Under the pieces are notes generated by a model. The model was not told where the DNA came from and did not search any database. It saw only the letters and a program-made list of their open reading frames with translations. A DNA stretch of 64,000 nt, taken from contig JAFQEC010000004.1 of NCBI GenBank assembly GCA_017415805.1, positions 2,843-66,842 of the forward strand, read 5' to 3'. Below, piece after piece: positions 53,097 through 64,000 of this stretch (within the stretch, counting starts at the first letter, position 1; each line of letters opens with the position of its first letter). A program made the position numbers and the translations under genes. This DNA comes from Clostridia bacterium (lineage in GTDB: Bacteria > Bacillota > Clostridia > Oscillospirales > CAG-272).

Positions 53097-54086
53097 TTAG
53101 CCGAACACGCCCGCCAAGCGCAGCAAAAACGAGCACAGGAAAATCGAGAGCGCAGAGACCAGCGTCGTCCACACCACAAGCTGCCCTGCCAGCTCCACAT
53201 CTCCGCCAAGCTCCTGCGTCATGGGCGCGCTGGAAATGGCAACGGGAGAGGCAAACAGTGCCACGAACGCGGCGAAATGCGCGCCGTTGAAGCTGTCGCG
53301 GAAGAACACAAACGCAATCCCCACACCCAGCAGCGGTGCCGCGAGGCAACGTGCCAGCGTGCCGATCACGATTTCGCGTCGCAGCGCCTTGATGGCAGAA
53401 AATTCGAAGCGCGCACCCAGCACAAGCAGTGCCATAGGCGTTGCCAGATCCGAGAGATACCCCAGCACGTCAAACACGGGGGTCACGTCGGAGAGCCGCC
53501 ACGCGATCCCGTTTTGCACCAGCAGTGCGCGCACGCCGAGTGCCACAAAGCCAAGCGCAATGCTGATGATCAACGGATTTTTGAGAATGTCCAGCACGAT
53601 CCTGCGCACGCGGGCGCGCTCGCCCCCCTCGCCGAAGACCGAGAGGCTGATGACCGCCAGCACGTTGAACAGCGGGATCACGACCGCCGAGAGCAGCGTG
53701 GCGATCAGCTCACCCTCCTGCCCGAACAGCGACCCCGCAAGCGCCAGACCCACCAGCGCAAAATTGGAGCGAAAGGCCACCTGCACCAAGGGCCCGCGGC
53801 GGCTTTTGTGCTCGGTGGCAAGCAGCGAAAGGGGGAGCATGAGCGCAAAGATGCCGAATACCACGAGCAGCGCATAGATCATGTAAGTCAGGTCAATATC
53901 CGCGAGTGCTTCGATGCCGTAGACGTTGCAAAACAGGGTCGCGGGCAGAAACACGCGAAAGACCAGCTTATTTGCCGCCTTGGCAAAATCCGCACTCATA
54001 AGGCCAACGCGCCGCAGTCCGTAGCCAAGCGCCACAGTCAGCATGATCGGCGCGACCGCGCCGAGTGCAAACAGTAAGGATTCCAT
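53097..54086 (-). CDS. AEC (auxin efflux carrier) family transporter
   Basis: 329 aa from MESLLFALGAVAPIMLTVALGY, about 10 TM segments. The internal start follows a GGGAGAGGGAG RBS. Confidence 0.7.
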   Translation of the reverse strand: MESLLFALGAVAPIMLTVALGYGLRRVGLMSADFAKAANKLVFRVFLPATLFCNVYGIEALADIDLTYMIYALLVVFGIFALMLPLSLLATEHKSRRGPLVQVAFRSNFALVGLALAGSLFGQEGELIATLLSAVVIPLFNVLAVISLSVFGEGGERARVRRIVLDILKNPLIISIALGFVALGVRALLVQNGIAWRLSDVTPVFDVLGYLSDLATPMALLVLGARFEFSAIKALRREIVIGTLARCLAAPLLGVGIAFVFFRDSFNGAHFAAFVALFASPVAISSAPMTQELGGDVELAGQLVVWTTLVSALSIFLCSFLLRLAGVFG

Positions 54087-54112
54087 CTCCCTCTCCCTTC
54101 CCAAAAGCGTGG

Positions 54113-54140
54113 AGCGCCCCCGCAGGATCGCGGGGGCGCC
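54113..54140 (-). other. GC-rich hairpin between trpB and the AEC gene (weak terminator or processing site)
   Basis: GGCGCCCCCGC-GATCCT-GCGGGGGCGC(T)C hairpin. Only a short, displaced T4 run follows on the minus strand. Confidence 0.4.
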
Positions 54141-54144
54141 GTCA

Positions 54145-55365
54145 TCAGCGAATACCGTAGTGCTCGATGATATAATCCATATCCTTATCCCCTCTGCCCG
54201 AGAGGTTGATGAGCACCGAGCCGTGCTCCATGGTCCTGGCAAGCTTCATGCCGTAGGCCACGGCATGCGAGCTCTCGATGGCGGGGATAATACCCTCCAT
54301 GCGCGCGAGCTTATAGAAGGCGTCAACAGTCTCCTCATCGTCGATCACGTCGTACTTGACGCGGCCGATCTCCTGCAAGAAGGCGTGCTCGGGCCCCGAC
54401 GAGGGATAATCCAGACCGCTGGCCACCGAGTACACGGGGGCGGGCTCGCCGTTCTCGTCCTTGAGCATGATGCTGTTGAAGCCGTGCATGATGCCCTCGG
54501 TGCCGTATTTCAGGCTGGCCGCGTGGTCGCCGAGCTTGGGGCCTCGGCCAAGGGGCTCGATGCCGTAGATGTCCACGGGATCGTTCAAAAATCCTGCAAA
54601 CAGGCCCGCGGCATTGGAGCCGCCGCCCACACACGCCACGATGGCGCTGGGCAGATGCCCCGTCATCTCCAAGAACTGCTCTCTTGCCTCAATGCCGACC
54701 ACGCTCTGGAAGTCGCGCACCATCATGGGAAAGGGGTGCGGCCCCAGCACAGAGCCGATGCAGTAGATCGAGTCCTTATACTCCTTGCTGTATGCGTCAA
54801 ATGCCGCGTCCACCGCCTCCTTGAGGGTCTGCAGACCGTGCGTGACCTCCACCACGTTCGCGCCGAGGATCTTCATGCGCGCCACGTTGGGGGCTTGCTT
54901 CTTGATGTCGACCGAGCCCATATAAATATCGCACTCCAGACCGAAGTACGCGGCGGCCGTTGCCAGCGCAACGCCGTGCTGTCCCGCACCCGTTTCGGCG
55001 ATCACCTTCTTCTTGCCCATATACTTGGCAAGCAGTGCCTCGCCCATGCAATGATTGAGCTTGTGCGCACCCGAGTGGTTCAGATCCTCACGCTTGGCGT
55101 AGAGCTGGACCTTGCCGCCCAGCGCGTCCGAGAGACGCTCCAGGTGCGTCACGGGTGTGGGTCTGCCCTGAAACTCCTTGCGGATGCGGCGCAGCTCGGC
55201 AATAAACTTGCGCGACTGGCAGATCGAGTAGTAGGCCTCGGTGATCTCGGCCATTGCGGCCTTGAGCTTTTCGTCCACATACACGCCGCCGTACTTGCCA
55301 AAATAGCCATTGGCATCGGGATAGTGCTGAAAATAGGTGTCAAAATCAACATTGTTCAACTTCAT
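54145..55365 (-). CDS. trpB: Tryptophan synthase beta chain (stand-alone; no trpA in the window)
   Basis: 406 aa with [28 protein letters not shown] and GGGSNAAG motifs. Confidence 0.85.
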   Translation of the reverse strand: MKLNNVDFDTYFQHYPDANGYFGKYGGVYVDEKLKAAMAEITEAYYSICQSRKFIAELRRIRKEFQGRPTPVTHLERLSDALGGKVQLYAKREDLNHSGAHKLNHCMGEALLAKYMGKKKVIAETGAGQHGVALATAAAYFGLECDIYMGSVDIKKQAPNVARMKILGANVVEVTHGLQTLKEAVDAAFDAYSKEYKDSIYCIGSVLGPHPFPMMVRDFQSVVGIEAREQFLEMTGHLPSAIVACVGGGSNAAGLFAGFLNDPVDIYGIEPLGRGPKLGDHAASLKYGTEGIMHGFNSIMLKDENGEPAPVYSVASGLDYPSSGPEHAFLQEIGRVKYDVIDDEETVDAFYKLARMEGIIPAIESSHAVAYGMKLARTMEHGSVLINLSGRGDKDMDYIIEHYGIR

Positions 55366-55651
55366 GGTGCTTCCTCCATAAACAAAAATAGCCTTGACAG
55401 AAAAAGCTCTGCCAAGGACGGGCGAGTGCCCGCGGTGCCACCTTGCTTCACGGCTGTGCCGTGCACTTTCGGGGTACGGTCATACCCCCGACCACTCACG
55501 CGTGTCTCACGTTGCGAAATACTCGGCCTGCGCCTTTGTTCCGCACCCTCCGCGGTCCATTTGTCCACTCGTTTCCGACCCAACTCTCAGCAGCGTGGGC
55601 TCTCTGTACGGGCGTGATAGACGTTATCTCCGCTTCAACGGTTTTTTGGAT
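55366..55651 (-). promoter_or_regulatory. T-box riboswitch leader, probable Trp specifier (UGG)
   Basis: On the minus strand: stem I distal motifs CAGAGAGC...GCUGAGAG, specifier context GAG-UGG-A (plus-strand 55565-55567), the T-box AAGGUGGCACCGCGG (55431-55445), then a hairpin and U-run before the RBS. Confidence 0.7.
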
Positions 55652-55657
55652 AGTTGC

Positions 55658-55686
55658 AGTATAGCACAGTTTTCGCGTTTTGTCAA
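55658..55686 (-). promoter_or_regulatory. Promoter of the T-box/trpB transcript
   Basis: On the minus strand: TTGACA, 17 nt, TATACT, with a TGc extension. Confidence 0.7.
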
Positions 55687-55726
55687 GAGGCTGCAAAAAA
55701 TTCTTTCTCCCGACAAAATGCGCCAC

Positions 55727-55752
55727 GGCGCGATGCTTCGCGCATCGCGCCC
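55727..55752 (-). terminator. Terminator after the LTD-motif gene
   Basis: GGCGCGATGC-TTCGC-GCATCGCGCC hairpin followed by ATTTTG on the minus strand. Confidence 0.65.
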
Positions 55753-55766
55753 GTCTTGCGTGCTCT

Positions 55767-57419
55767 TTATTTATGCTTGTCCCGCATCACGTTCTTGATT
55801 GCCGAGGCGACTCGCGTAAGAAGGGTGACGGTCTGCAAGGGGATCAGCGAGGCGCGTGCGAGGCGGCGAATGCCCTTGCGGCGCGCTTTGTCGCGCTTGG
55901 TTGCATCGGCCTCCTGATCGCCACCCTCGCCGATCGAAAAGGCGATCTTGCGATAGGTGCGATTGCCCAGCCCGTCGCGCAACGAGACCTCAAGGGTGTG
56001 CGCACCGAGCGCAAGGGGCTTTTTGGGGCGATAGGTCACGGCATCCGCCCCCCATACGGCGGCGGTGCTGACGTTTCGGCCGTCCACGCAAAGGACCGAA
56101 CGGTGTGGGTTGACGGTGGAAATATCGTAATAGCACACGCACACGGTAAGGGGTTCGCATTTGTCGAGCACCTGGCCTGCGGCAGGATAGCTGGAGAGGA
56201 TCTCGGGTCCTGCGTTATCCACGATACGCAGCGTGCACGGCGCTTTTTCGTTGCCGTATTCTGCGGTATAAAGTCCGCCGCTGACACGGATAAAATATTC
56301 CAATCTTGTGCCCATGCGTGCAAGCGTTGCCAAGGGCACCGTTGCCTCGAACAGTCCGTCGTCGCACAGCCTTGCGTAAAAGGCCTTGAAGCTCCCGTCG
56401 ATGCGCACAAGCACCGTGGGTGCGGCGATCTCTCTGCCCACTGCGGCAAAGCGGATCCTGCAAGCGCCGTTTGCAAGGTAGACACGCACCTCGGGCTCGA
56501 CGGGCAGGATGGCGGGAACGGTTACGGCCGCAGGATCCGGAAGGAAGGTATGCTCCGCGGCAAAGCCGGGGGTGGGCGATGCACACCCGTGCGCAAGCAT
56601 GCCGTGCGCGGGATCGCGCACGTCGACCGTCCAATAAGCGGCGTAGCCGCTTTTCGCATCGGACACGAGGGCAGCGCGATCGGCCGCGACCGAGAAAAGG
56701 GCCTCCTCCCACGGCGCACCGCGCCGCACAAGTGCAAGGGATCGGGCGGTATCGCAGTCACCGTTCTCTTTTTGCCTGTTCGTATCCATCATGAAAAGCA
56801 ACGGATCGCGCTCGGCGATATCTGCACACGTATCGGGGTATTTTTCAACGAGTGCCGAAAAAAAGAGTTCCCTCTCCCCCGGCTCGCCTTCCCCCTCATG
56901 CACGAGCACAACGGCTGCGTGCATACGCGCAGGAATCACATGCTCACCCGCCGTACGTGCCAGAGGTTGGCGGCGCAACACGCCATCGTGACACAAAAGC
57001 TCAAAGTCAAAGAGATCCTGTGCTTCGTCCGTCGTATTGTAGAGCTCTACATATTCGTGCGGCGCATCGCCGAGCTCCCCGTATTCCGTGATCAGAAGCG
57101 GCGGCAGCTCGGGCGCATCGAGCAGCGGGATGCAATAGCTCTCACTTTGCGCGCCGTTGCGCGAAAAGCGGTAGATCAGCACGTCACGCCCGACCAATGC
57201 GCCGACGGGAACCGTGGCGGCATAAACCGAATAGCTCTCGCCGCTATTCAGCCCGTCCACGGGCAGCATGCGCAGGCGCTGCTCGCCCTCGGAGCGCATG
57301 AGGATCAGCGCAATATCGGCCACGGGCGCATCGTCATCGGGGACGATGAGCTGCAGCACAAGCGCACGGCCGCGGAACGCGAACGCGGCAGGTGCGTGGA
57401 CACAATCGATTCGGTTCAC
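55767..57419 (-). CDS. Hypothetical 550-aa protein with a lamin-tail-domain-like motif
   Basis: ITEYGELGDAPHEYVELYNTTDEAQDL resembles the LTD signature (E-x-VELYN). No signal peptide is present. The C-terminus is basic. Confidence 0.5.
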   Translation of the reverse strand: MNRIDCVHAPAAFAFRGRALVLQLIVPDDDAPVADIALILMRSEGEQRLRMLPVDGLNSGESYSVYAATVPVGALVGRDVLIYRFSRNGAQSESYCIPLLDAPELPPLLITEYGELGDAPHEYVELYNTTDEAQDLFDFELLCHDGVLRRQPLARTAGEHVIPARMHAAVVLVHEGEGEPGERELFFSALVEKYPDTCADIAERDPLLFMMDTNRQKENGDCDTARSLALVRRGAPWEEALFSVAADRAALVSDAKSGYAAYWTVDVRDPAHGMLAHGCASPTPGFAAEHTFLPDPAAVTVPAILPVEPEVRVYLANGACRIRFAAVGREIAAPTVLVRIDGSFKAFYARLCDDGLFEATVPLATLARMGTRLEYFIRVSGGLYTAEYGNEKAPCTLRIVDNAGPEILSSYPAAGQVLDKCEPLTVCVCYYDISTVNPHRSVLCVDGRNVSTAAVWGADAVTYRPKKPLALGAHTLEVSLRDGLGNRTYRKIAFSIGEGGDQEADATKRDKARRKGIRRLARASLIPLQTVTLLTRVASAIKNVMRDKHK

Positions 57420-57445
57420 GGCCTCCTCCTTTTTTAATCAGTGCA

Positions 57446-58216
57446 TCAGAACACAAACAAAAGCTCGTACAGCGGACACAGCGCGATGGGGAAAAACATG
57501 GCGGGAATATAGTTCATCACCTTGAGCTTGGTCACACCCAAGAGATTTGTGCCGATGGCGATCACCAACAGCGACCCCACGGCGATCATCTCGCCCGTGA
57601 TCAGCGCAGGGATCGCGCCTGCCGCAAGCACGGCCGCCAGGGTCAGCAGGCCCTGCACGGCAAAAACCGCCGCGGCGGAAAAGATCACACCCACGCCAAG
57701 CGAGGTGGCAAAGATCACGGCCGAGACCATATCCAGCATGGACTTGGCATAATAGGTGGTGTGCTGGTGCAAAATGCCGCTTTCCATCGCACCCGTTACG
57801 GTCATCGCCCCCACGCAAAACAGAAGCGTTGCCGCAACGAAGCCCTCGGCCACGTTGCCGCCCTTACCCTTCATACGGTGCTCGATCCACCGCCCAAGGC
57901 GATTGACCAGCCCGTCCAGATCCAACAGCTCGCCCACGATCGCGCCCAGCACCACGGAGAGAATCATCACCAATATATTCTGCACCTTTACGGCACCCAA
58001 AATACCGATGAGCAGCACGCAAAGCCCAAGACCGCCCTGTACCGTGGCGGGGAGCGACGCAAAGCGCGACGGCTTTTGCACGGATGCCGTAAGCTCCTCG
58101 CCCTCGGTCGCGCGGGTCGCACGCCCGACGAGTGCCTTGATTCCAAGCCCCAATAATGCACCCAGCAAAACCGCCCCTGTGTTGACGATCGTGCCCCATA
58201 ACGCCCAGCTTGTCAT
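57446..58216 (-). CDS. DUF554-family membrane protein
   Basis: 256 aa polytopic protein. The N-terminus WGTIVNTGAVLLGALLG matches the YdfK/DUF554 pattern. Confidence 0.6.
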   Translation of the reverse strand: MTSWALWGTIVNTGAVLLGALLGLGIKALVGRATRATEGEELTASVQKPSRFASLPATVQGGLGLCVLLIGILGAVKVQNILVMILSVVLGAIVGELLDLDGLVNRLGRWIEHRMKGKGGNVAEGFVAATLLFCVGAMTVTGAMESGILHQHTTYYAKSMLDMVSAVIFATSLGVGVIFSAAAVFAVQGLLTLAAVLAAGAIPALITGEMIAVGSLLVIAIGTNLLGVTKLKVMNYIPAMFFPIALCPLYELLFVF

Positions 58217-58337
58217 AATAAACCTTCCTTACAGTATAGCATTGATTCAATTCTATCACACACACGCGCGAAATGCAAGAGAAAACAAAAAGAAACGGAC
58301 ACCTCACGCAAGGGGCGTCCGCTTCTTTTTTCTCGTA

Positions 58338-58916
58338 TTATGCACCAAATTCCAACCGCAACGCGATCGCGGCATCAAAGGCCTCGGCCAGTGCCACGCG
58401 CCATTCGCCAAGCGACGAGGAAAGAAAGATCGCAACCTCGCGCTCCCCCTCCTCCAGCATTTTTTCAAAGGACTGCTCCTCAAGCTCGGACAGACGGATA
58501 GAGCGTTCGCAAAAATCGCGCAGATCCTCGTTCGCATCTGCCCCTTTTCGACCCCGTTGCAGCAGATATGATAGTCGCTCGGTCTGTGCCACGCTCATGC
58601 GCACGCGGTCAAACAGCGCCCACATGCGCACGTTGCGCCCCCGCAACAGCATCGCGGTTTCGGCCGCGGCATCGGTCACACGGCGCAAAGCACCCCCAAG
58701 GTGCACCATCGCACCGCGCTCGCCCGCCGCACAGCTTGCGGCAAACAGCCCCTCCACCAGTGTCAAAAATGCGCGTTCGCTGTCCGCGCGCAGATGCTTT
58801 TGCTCGCGGTCTGCACTGCGCTGACCCGAGACCAGCATGGAATTTGCGATCCTTGCCATACGCACGGCCTTTTCCCCCAGCCCCTCAATCAAAGCATATC
58901 CTTCGGAACGAAGCAT
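58338..58916 (-). CDS. Hypothetical all-helical protein (weak PhoU/DUF47-like impression)
   Basis: 192 aa with a GGGGG RBS. The protein is Arg/Glu/Ala/Leu-rich. The family assignment is uncertain. Confidence 0.35.
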   Translation of the reverse strand: MLRSEGYALIEGLGEKAVRMARIANSMLVSGQRSADREQKHLRADSERAFLTLVEGLFAASCAAGERGAMVHLGGALRRVTDAAAETAMLLRGRNVRMWALFDRVRMSVAQTERLSYLLQRGRKGADANEDLRDFCERSIRLSELEEQSFEKMLEEGEREVAIFLSSSLGEWRVALAEAFDAAIALRLEFGA

Positions 58917-59021
58917 AAGGTTGTCCCCCTTTTTGTTTTTGCTCTATTGTATGCGAGGGGGCAAGGATAAAGAACAGAGACGGAGCGGGGCGTTCCTCAA
59001 CGAGCGTTGCACAAGGTCGCG

Positions 59022-61370
59022 TTAAGGATTAACGGATACCGTGTGGTTACATTCTATCGTTTTACCGGTTGACGTGCTCTTCCCCACCAAGCCGCCGACA
59101 TTGGTTGCGTTTGGTGCGCTGACCGTGCCGGATGCGGTCACGCGAATGATCGAACCGTTCAAATATCCGCAAAGAAGGCCGGCGTAACTTAGTCCCTTCG
59201 TCGTTTCCAATCTGCCGTTTTCAATGATCAGATCGCATATGACGGCATTTGTGTATACCGTTCCAAAAAGGCCTGCCGACGAATTGAAGCCCGAGGAAAG
59301 CACAAAATTTTTAATGGTATGTCCGTTACCCAAAAGCATTCCGCTAAGGGAAGGGATAAAGGAAATGGATTGCCCCTCAAAATCCAAGTCCTTGGTCAAA
59401 ACGTAAAGGCGGGGATTGGCGGGGGTATCGCTTATACGCAAAAGATCGCTTGTTGAATCAATAAACACGATGTTGTGCTGGCTTTTTGCGTATTCGTTGC
59501 CTGCGATTATCGTTTGCCCGTCGGCGGGAATATAAGCAACCTGAGAAACCCCTGCCATCTGAAAATCGACGAAGCACGAACCGTCGGGATTGACGATCAG
59601 CAGCTTGCCCTCCCCCTGCTTTTCACTATATCCGGAGGCAGAAACCGTAGTCGAGGTGAAAGAAACCCCGCCGTTTCCATCAAAGGATTTGATTTCAAGC
59701 ATGTTGAGTGTGTTTTTTGAATAAAGGTAATACGCGCCAAGCTGTGCATCCTTCCCATTGCCCGATGCATGACCCTGCTGCGACCAGATCTCCTCTTTCA
59801 CCATTGTCACATCGCTGTAATCGGTAATTTCGAGACAATCGCTTGAGAACGTGGCGTAAGAAAGCTCTTCAAAGCTGCCCGTTTTGGGTTGATAGAGTGC
59901 CTCGGCAAGGGTGAATTTGATTTGCAGCCCGTCGCGGTCCTTTTTGATGATCTGGCCTATTTCCTTGCTCTTGGCATAGTGTTCCTTGTAGGTGGATTCA
60001 CTAATTGCCTCTACCTTGCCCTCACTGTCACAGGAGAGAATGGTCAGCTTATCAAAAACGCCATCCTCGTAGCCGTAATAAGTTCCTATGATTTCAGGCG
60101 TATAGAGAAAATGCTCGGCGTAAACATCCTTACCCATAAAGAGAGCACCGGTAGCAAGCCCCCCGAAAACAAGAAAAACGGCCGCAAGAAAAAGCAACGC
60201 GTGCGTGACAAAGCGCCGACGCTGCCGCTTCGCATTCTCCCGAAGTCGATACCCAAGCAACGCATGCGGTTTATCGGGATCGTAATCGCTCTCCCTGACG
60301 CAAAGCGGGCGCTCCTTTTTCGCCATTACAATGCCAACAACGGCCATGGCGACCGCAGCAGCACACGAAGCGATCATTGGGAAGAGATAAAAATACCGCA
60401 ATCCTTCCACGTGCAGCTGCTTGCCGAAGGCAAGCAAGGAGATCAAGCCAAGCACGCCGAGCGCAGAAATGAAAATGCTAAGAGCATAAAGAATACGCAC
60501 GCCCCTTAGCTTTTTGAAAAAATCGTAGCGTTGATCGGCAACAAGCTCCTTATATTTTTCGTAATGATCACTCAGCTTACCGACGGATGTGATTTCCGAG
60601 ATCTTTTTGCAATGGTGTTTATAAACCTCGCCCTCAAATTCGCACCATACATCAAACTCGTAGGTGTAGGGCAAATAGGTGATCCAAAGCTCGTCCACAC
60701 CGTAGTTGGTAACGGAATCTATTTTTATGTCTTTGGGGCTGTCGTTTTTATGAAAGCCGGTCGCATCGTCGATCAGAGATGCGCGAACGTTGCCGGGGAT
60801 CGACGAGGGGGTGATATATGGATTTAAGAACCCGTAGGTGATGGGGGCGCTTGCCATTTTTGCCAGCTCTGCGGGGATTCTTTTTTTGTCCGTTACATCC
60901 TCGTAATTTTTCAGATCGTATCCACTGTGTGCAGCTCCGCCCACACGCATAATACAAGAATCTTTTGCCGAGGAGTACCACGACGCACTGGTCGTTTTTT
61001 GGGTTCTGGAGCTTGAATAATGGTCGGTGGTATGAACGTTTGAAAGCTTGACATCACCGGAGGAATTGACCGATGCCGTACCCGAAACGGTCGTGCTGGA
61101 AACGTAACTCAGAACGTAGGTGTATGAAACATTGGCACTTACACTGTACAGAGAAAGCTTGCAATCAAAGCCGTAAACGGGTGTAAGCTTCACAAAAATG
61201 TTGTCAAGATCCTTTATGTGTGCCTTGTATTCGTCCGACAGTCGATTATCCTCAAGGCATCTTTTCGAAAAGGTTTTTTTGATCAAGCTGATCTGATCTT
61301 TCACGTAATCGGGCCGGAAATCATAAATTCGCTTTTCTTCTGGCACAATCTTGGTAATCGCAGTTGACAT
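59022..61370 (-). CDS. Large membrane protein: ~310-aa cytoplasmic N-domain, three TM helices, extracellular C-domain ending in GLUG-type repeats
   Basis: ATG 61370 follows a GGGGGG RBS. 782 aa. C-terminal repeats are SSAGLFG, YAGLLCG and NVGGLVGKS. GC is low (24/60 at 60601-60660). Confidence 0.65.
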   Translation of the reverse strand: MSTAITKIVPEEKRIYDFRPDYVKDQISLIKKTFSKRCLEDNRLSDEYKAHIKDLDNIFVKLTPVYGFDCKLSLYSVSANVSYTYVLSYVSSTTVSGTASVNSSGDVKLSNVHTTDHYSSSRTQKTTSASWYSSAKDSCIMRVGGAAHSGYDLKNYEDVTDKKRIPAELAKMASAPITYGFLNPYITPSSIPGNVRASLIDDATGFHKNDSPKDIKIDSVTNYGVDELWITYLPYTYEFDVWCEFEGEVYKHHCKKISEITSVGKLSDHYEKYKELVADQRYDFFKKLRGVRILYALSIFISALGVLGLISLLAFGKQLHVEGLRYFYLFPMIASCAAAVAMAVVGIVMAKKERPLCVRESDYDPDKPHALLGYRLRENAKRQRRRFVTHALLFLAAVFLVFGGLATGALFMGKDVYAEHFLYTPEIIGTYYGYEDGVFDKLTILSCDSEGKVEAISESTYKEHYAKSKEIGQIIKKDRDGLQIKFTLAEALYQPKTGSFEELSYATFSSDCLEITDYSDVTMVKEEIWSQQGHASGNGKDAQLGAYYLYSKNTLNMLEIKSFDGNGGVSFTSTTVSASGYSEKQGEGKLLIVNPDGSCFVDFQMAGVSQVAYIPADGQTIIAGNEYAKSQHNIVFIDSTSDLLRISDTPANPRLYVLTKDLDFEGQSISFIPSLSGMLLGNGHTIKNFVLSSGFNSSAGLFGTVYTNAVICDLIIENGRLETTKGLSYAGLLCGYLNGSIIRVTASGTVSAPNATNVGGLVGKSTSTGKTIECNHTVSVNP

Positions 61371-61508
61371 AAGAAGTCCCCCCTTAACAGATGATAAACC
61401 AAAAGCCCCTGTCTGCCACATAATTTTCGTTGTGTGGCAGATGAAAATTTATACACAAATAATTATACTGCTTTTTGAATTGTTTGTCAATCCAAGAAGA
61501 AAATATGT

Positions 61509-61534
61509 AAAAGCACCCCGTGCGGGGTGCTTTT
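61509..61534. terminator. Bidirectional hairpin upstream of the GLUG gene
   Basis: AAAAGCACCCC-GTGC-GGGGTGCTTTT hairpin. Confidence 0.7.
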
Positions 61535-61673
61535 ACCATGACTTGCTCAAATTACCTTCCTGCGGAGACGCCGCGACATGTCGCGGCTACTCGTCACGCA
61601 AGGCTTTGCCTTGCGTGACCGCCTGAGCGCAAGGCGCTCTGCGGAGCTCTCGTGCCCGTATGGGCCACCAACA

Positions 61674-61700
61674 CAAAAAGCCCCCGGTTGGGGGCGTTTT
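61674..61700 (-). terminator. tRNA-Lys terminator
   Basis: GCCCCC-GGTT-GGGGGC hairpin with a T5 run on the minus strand, directly after the CCA end. Confidence 0.7.
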
Positions 61701-61704
61701 GTGT

Positions 61705-64000
<2,296 letters not shown>

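Noticed and set aside
54043-57437. Plus-strand ORFs of 524 aa and 585 aa opposite trpB, the T-box leader and the LTD-motif gene.
   Set aside because: They are antisense shadow ORFs. They cross a riboswitch leader and a terminator.
61558-61569. A 12-nt copy (TCCTGCGGAGAC) of the tRNA-Lys T-arm/acceptor region 153 nt downstream of the tRNA, as a possible att remnant.
   Set aside because: It is too short to distinguish from chance. I found no matching copy at the far (59.0-kb) edge of the low-GC gene. It is mentioned only as a weak hint.

Overview
This is a chromosomal segment from a high-GC, Clostridia-like anaerobe. Sampled core lines are about 60% G+C (36/60 at 24001-24060). Most genes are housekeeping.

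Gene content, left to right:
- The 3' end of a glycyl-radical-enzyme microcompartment (GRM) operon. It holds a PduS-like fragment, PduT-like BMC-T, an 844-aa GRE, its activase, PduU-like and PduV-like genes, then a ParA-type ATPase with an overlapping 76-aa Lys/Ala/Pro-rich ORF.
- lgt, a ybaK-like gene, and a yybP-ykoY Mn riboswitch in front of mntP.
- A minus-strand block with a DUF11 gene, pgk, tpiA, rbfA, nrnA and a ykvI-like gene.
- A GH2 gene and mscL.
- aroG with the first fakB-fakA pair.
- A TetR-led aromatic amino acid operon: tyrA, aroB, aroA, aroC, pheA, aroE/aroK, aroQ.
- A small low-GC SLOG+XRE islet.
- The second fakB-fakA pair.
- A six-gene Wzx/Wzy-type polysaccharide locus.
- tRNA-Ser, then rplU-prp-rpmA and vanZ.
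- tRNA-Arg(CCT) followed by low-GC accessory DNA.
- mpg-asnA-asnS, pflBA and cysK.
- A Trp T-box in front of an orphan trpB, followed by an AEC transporter.
- A DUF554 gene with an LTD-motif protein.
- A low-GC 782-aa GLUG-motif membrane protein beside tRNA-Lys.
- A flavodoxin-like gene and the 5' part of ligA.

Most interesting observations:
1. The ParA plus disordered-partner pair is co-transcribed at the end of the metabolosome operon. It is a candidate McdAB-like organelle-positioning module.
2. A 2.36-kb integrase-less islet lies between tRNA-Arg and a 44-bp copy of its 3' end. It carries three orphan genes and an unassigned structured leader with mutually exclusive terminator and antiterminator hairpins.
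3. Two tandem 196-bp highly structured units lie downstream of tRNA-Ser. They mimic the tRNA acceptor/trailer junction and contain a 17-nt hypervariable patch.
4. All three tRNA genes in the window abut accessory DNA.

No CRISPR array, rRNA, transposase or integrase was seen. All functional calls rest on motif recognition by eye; no database search was possible. Hairpin and promoter coordinates may be off by 1-2 nt.
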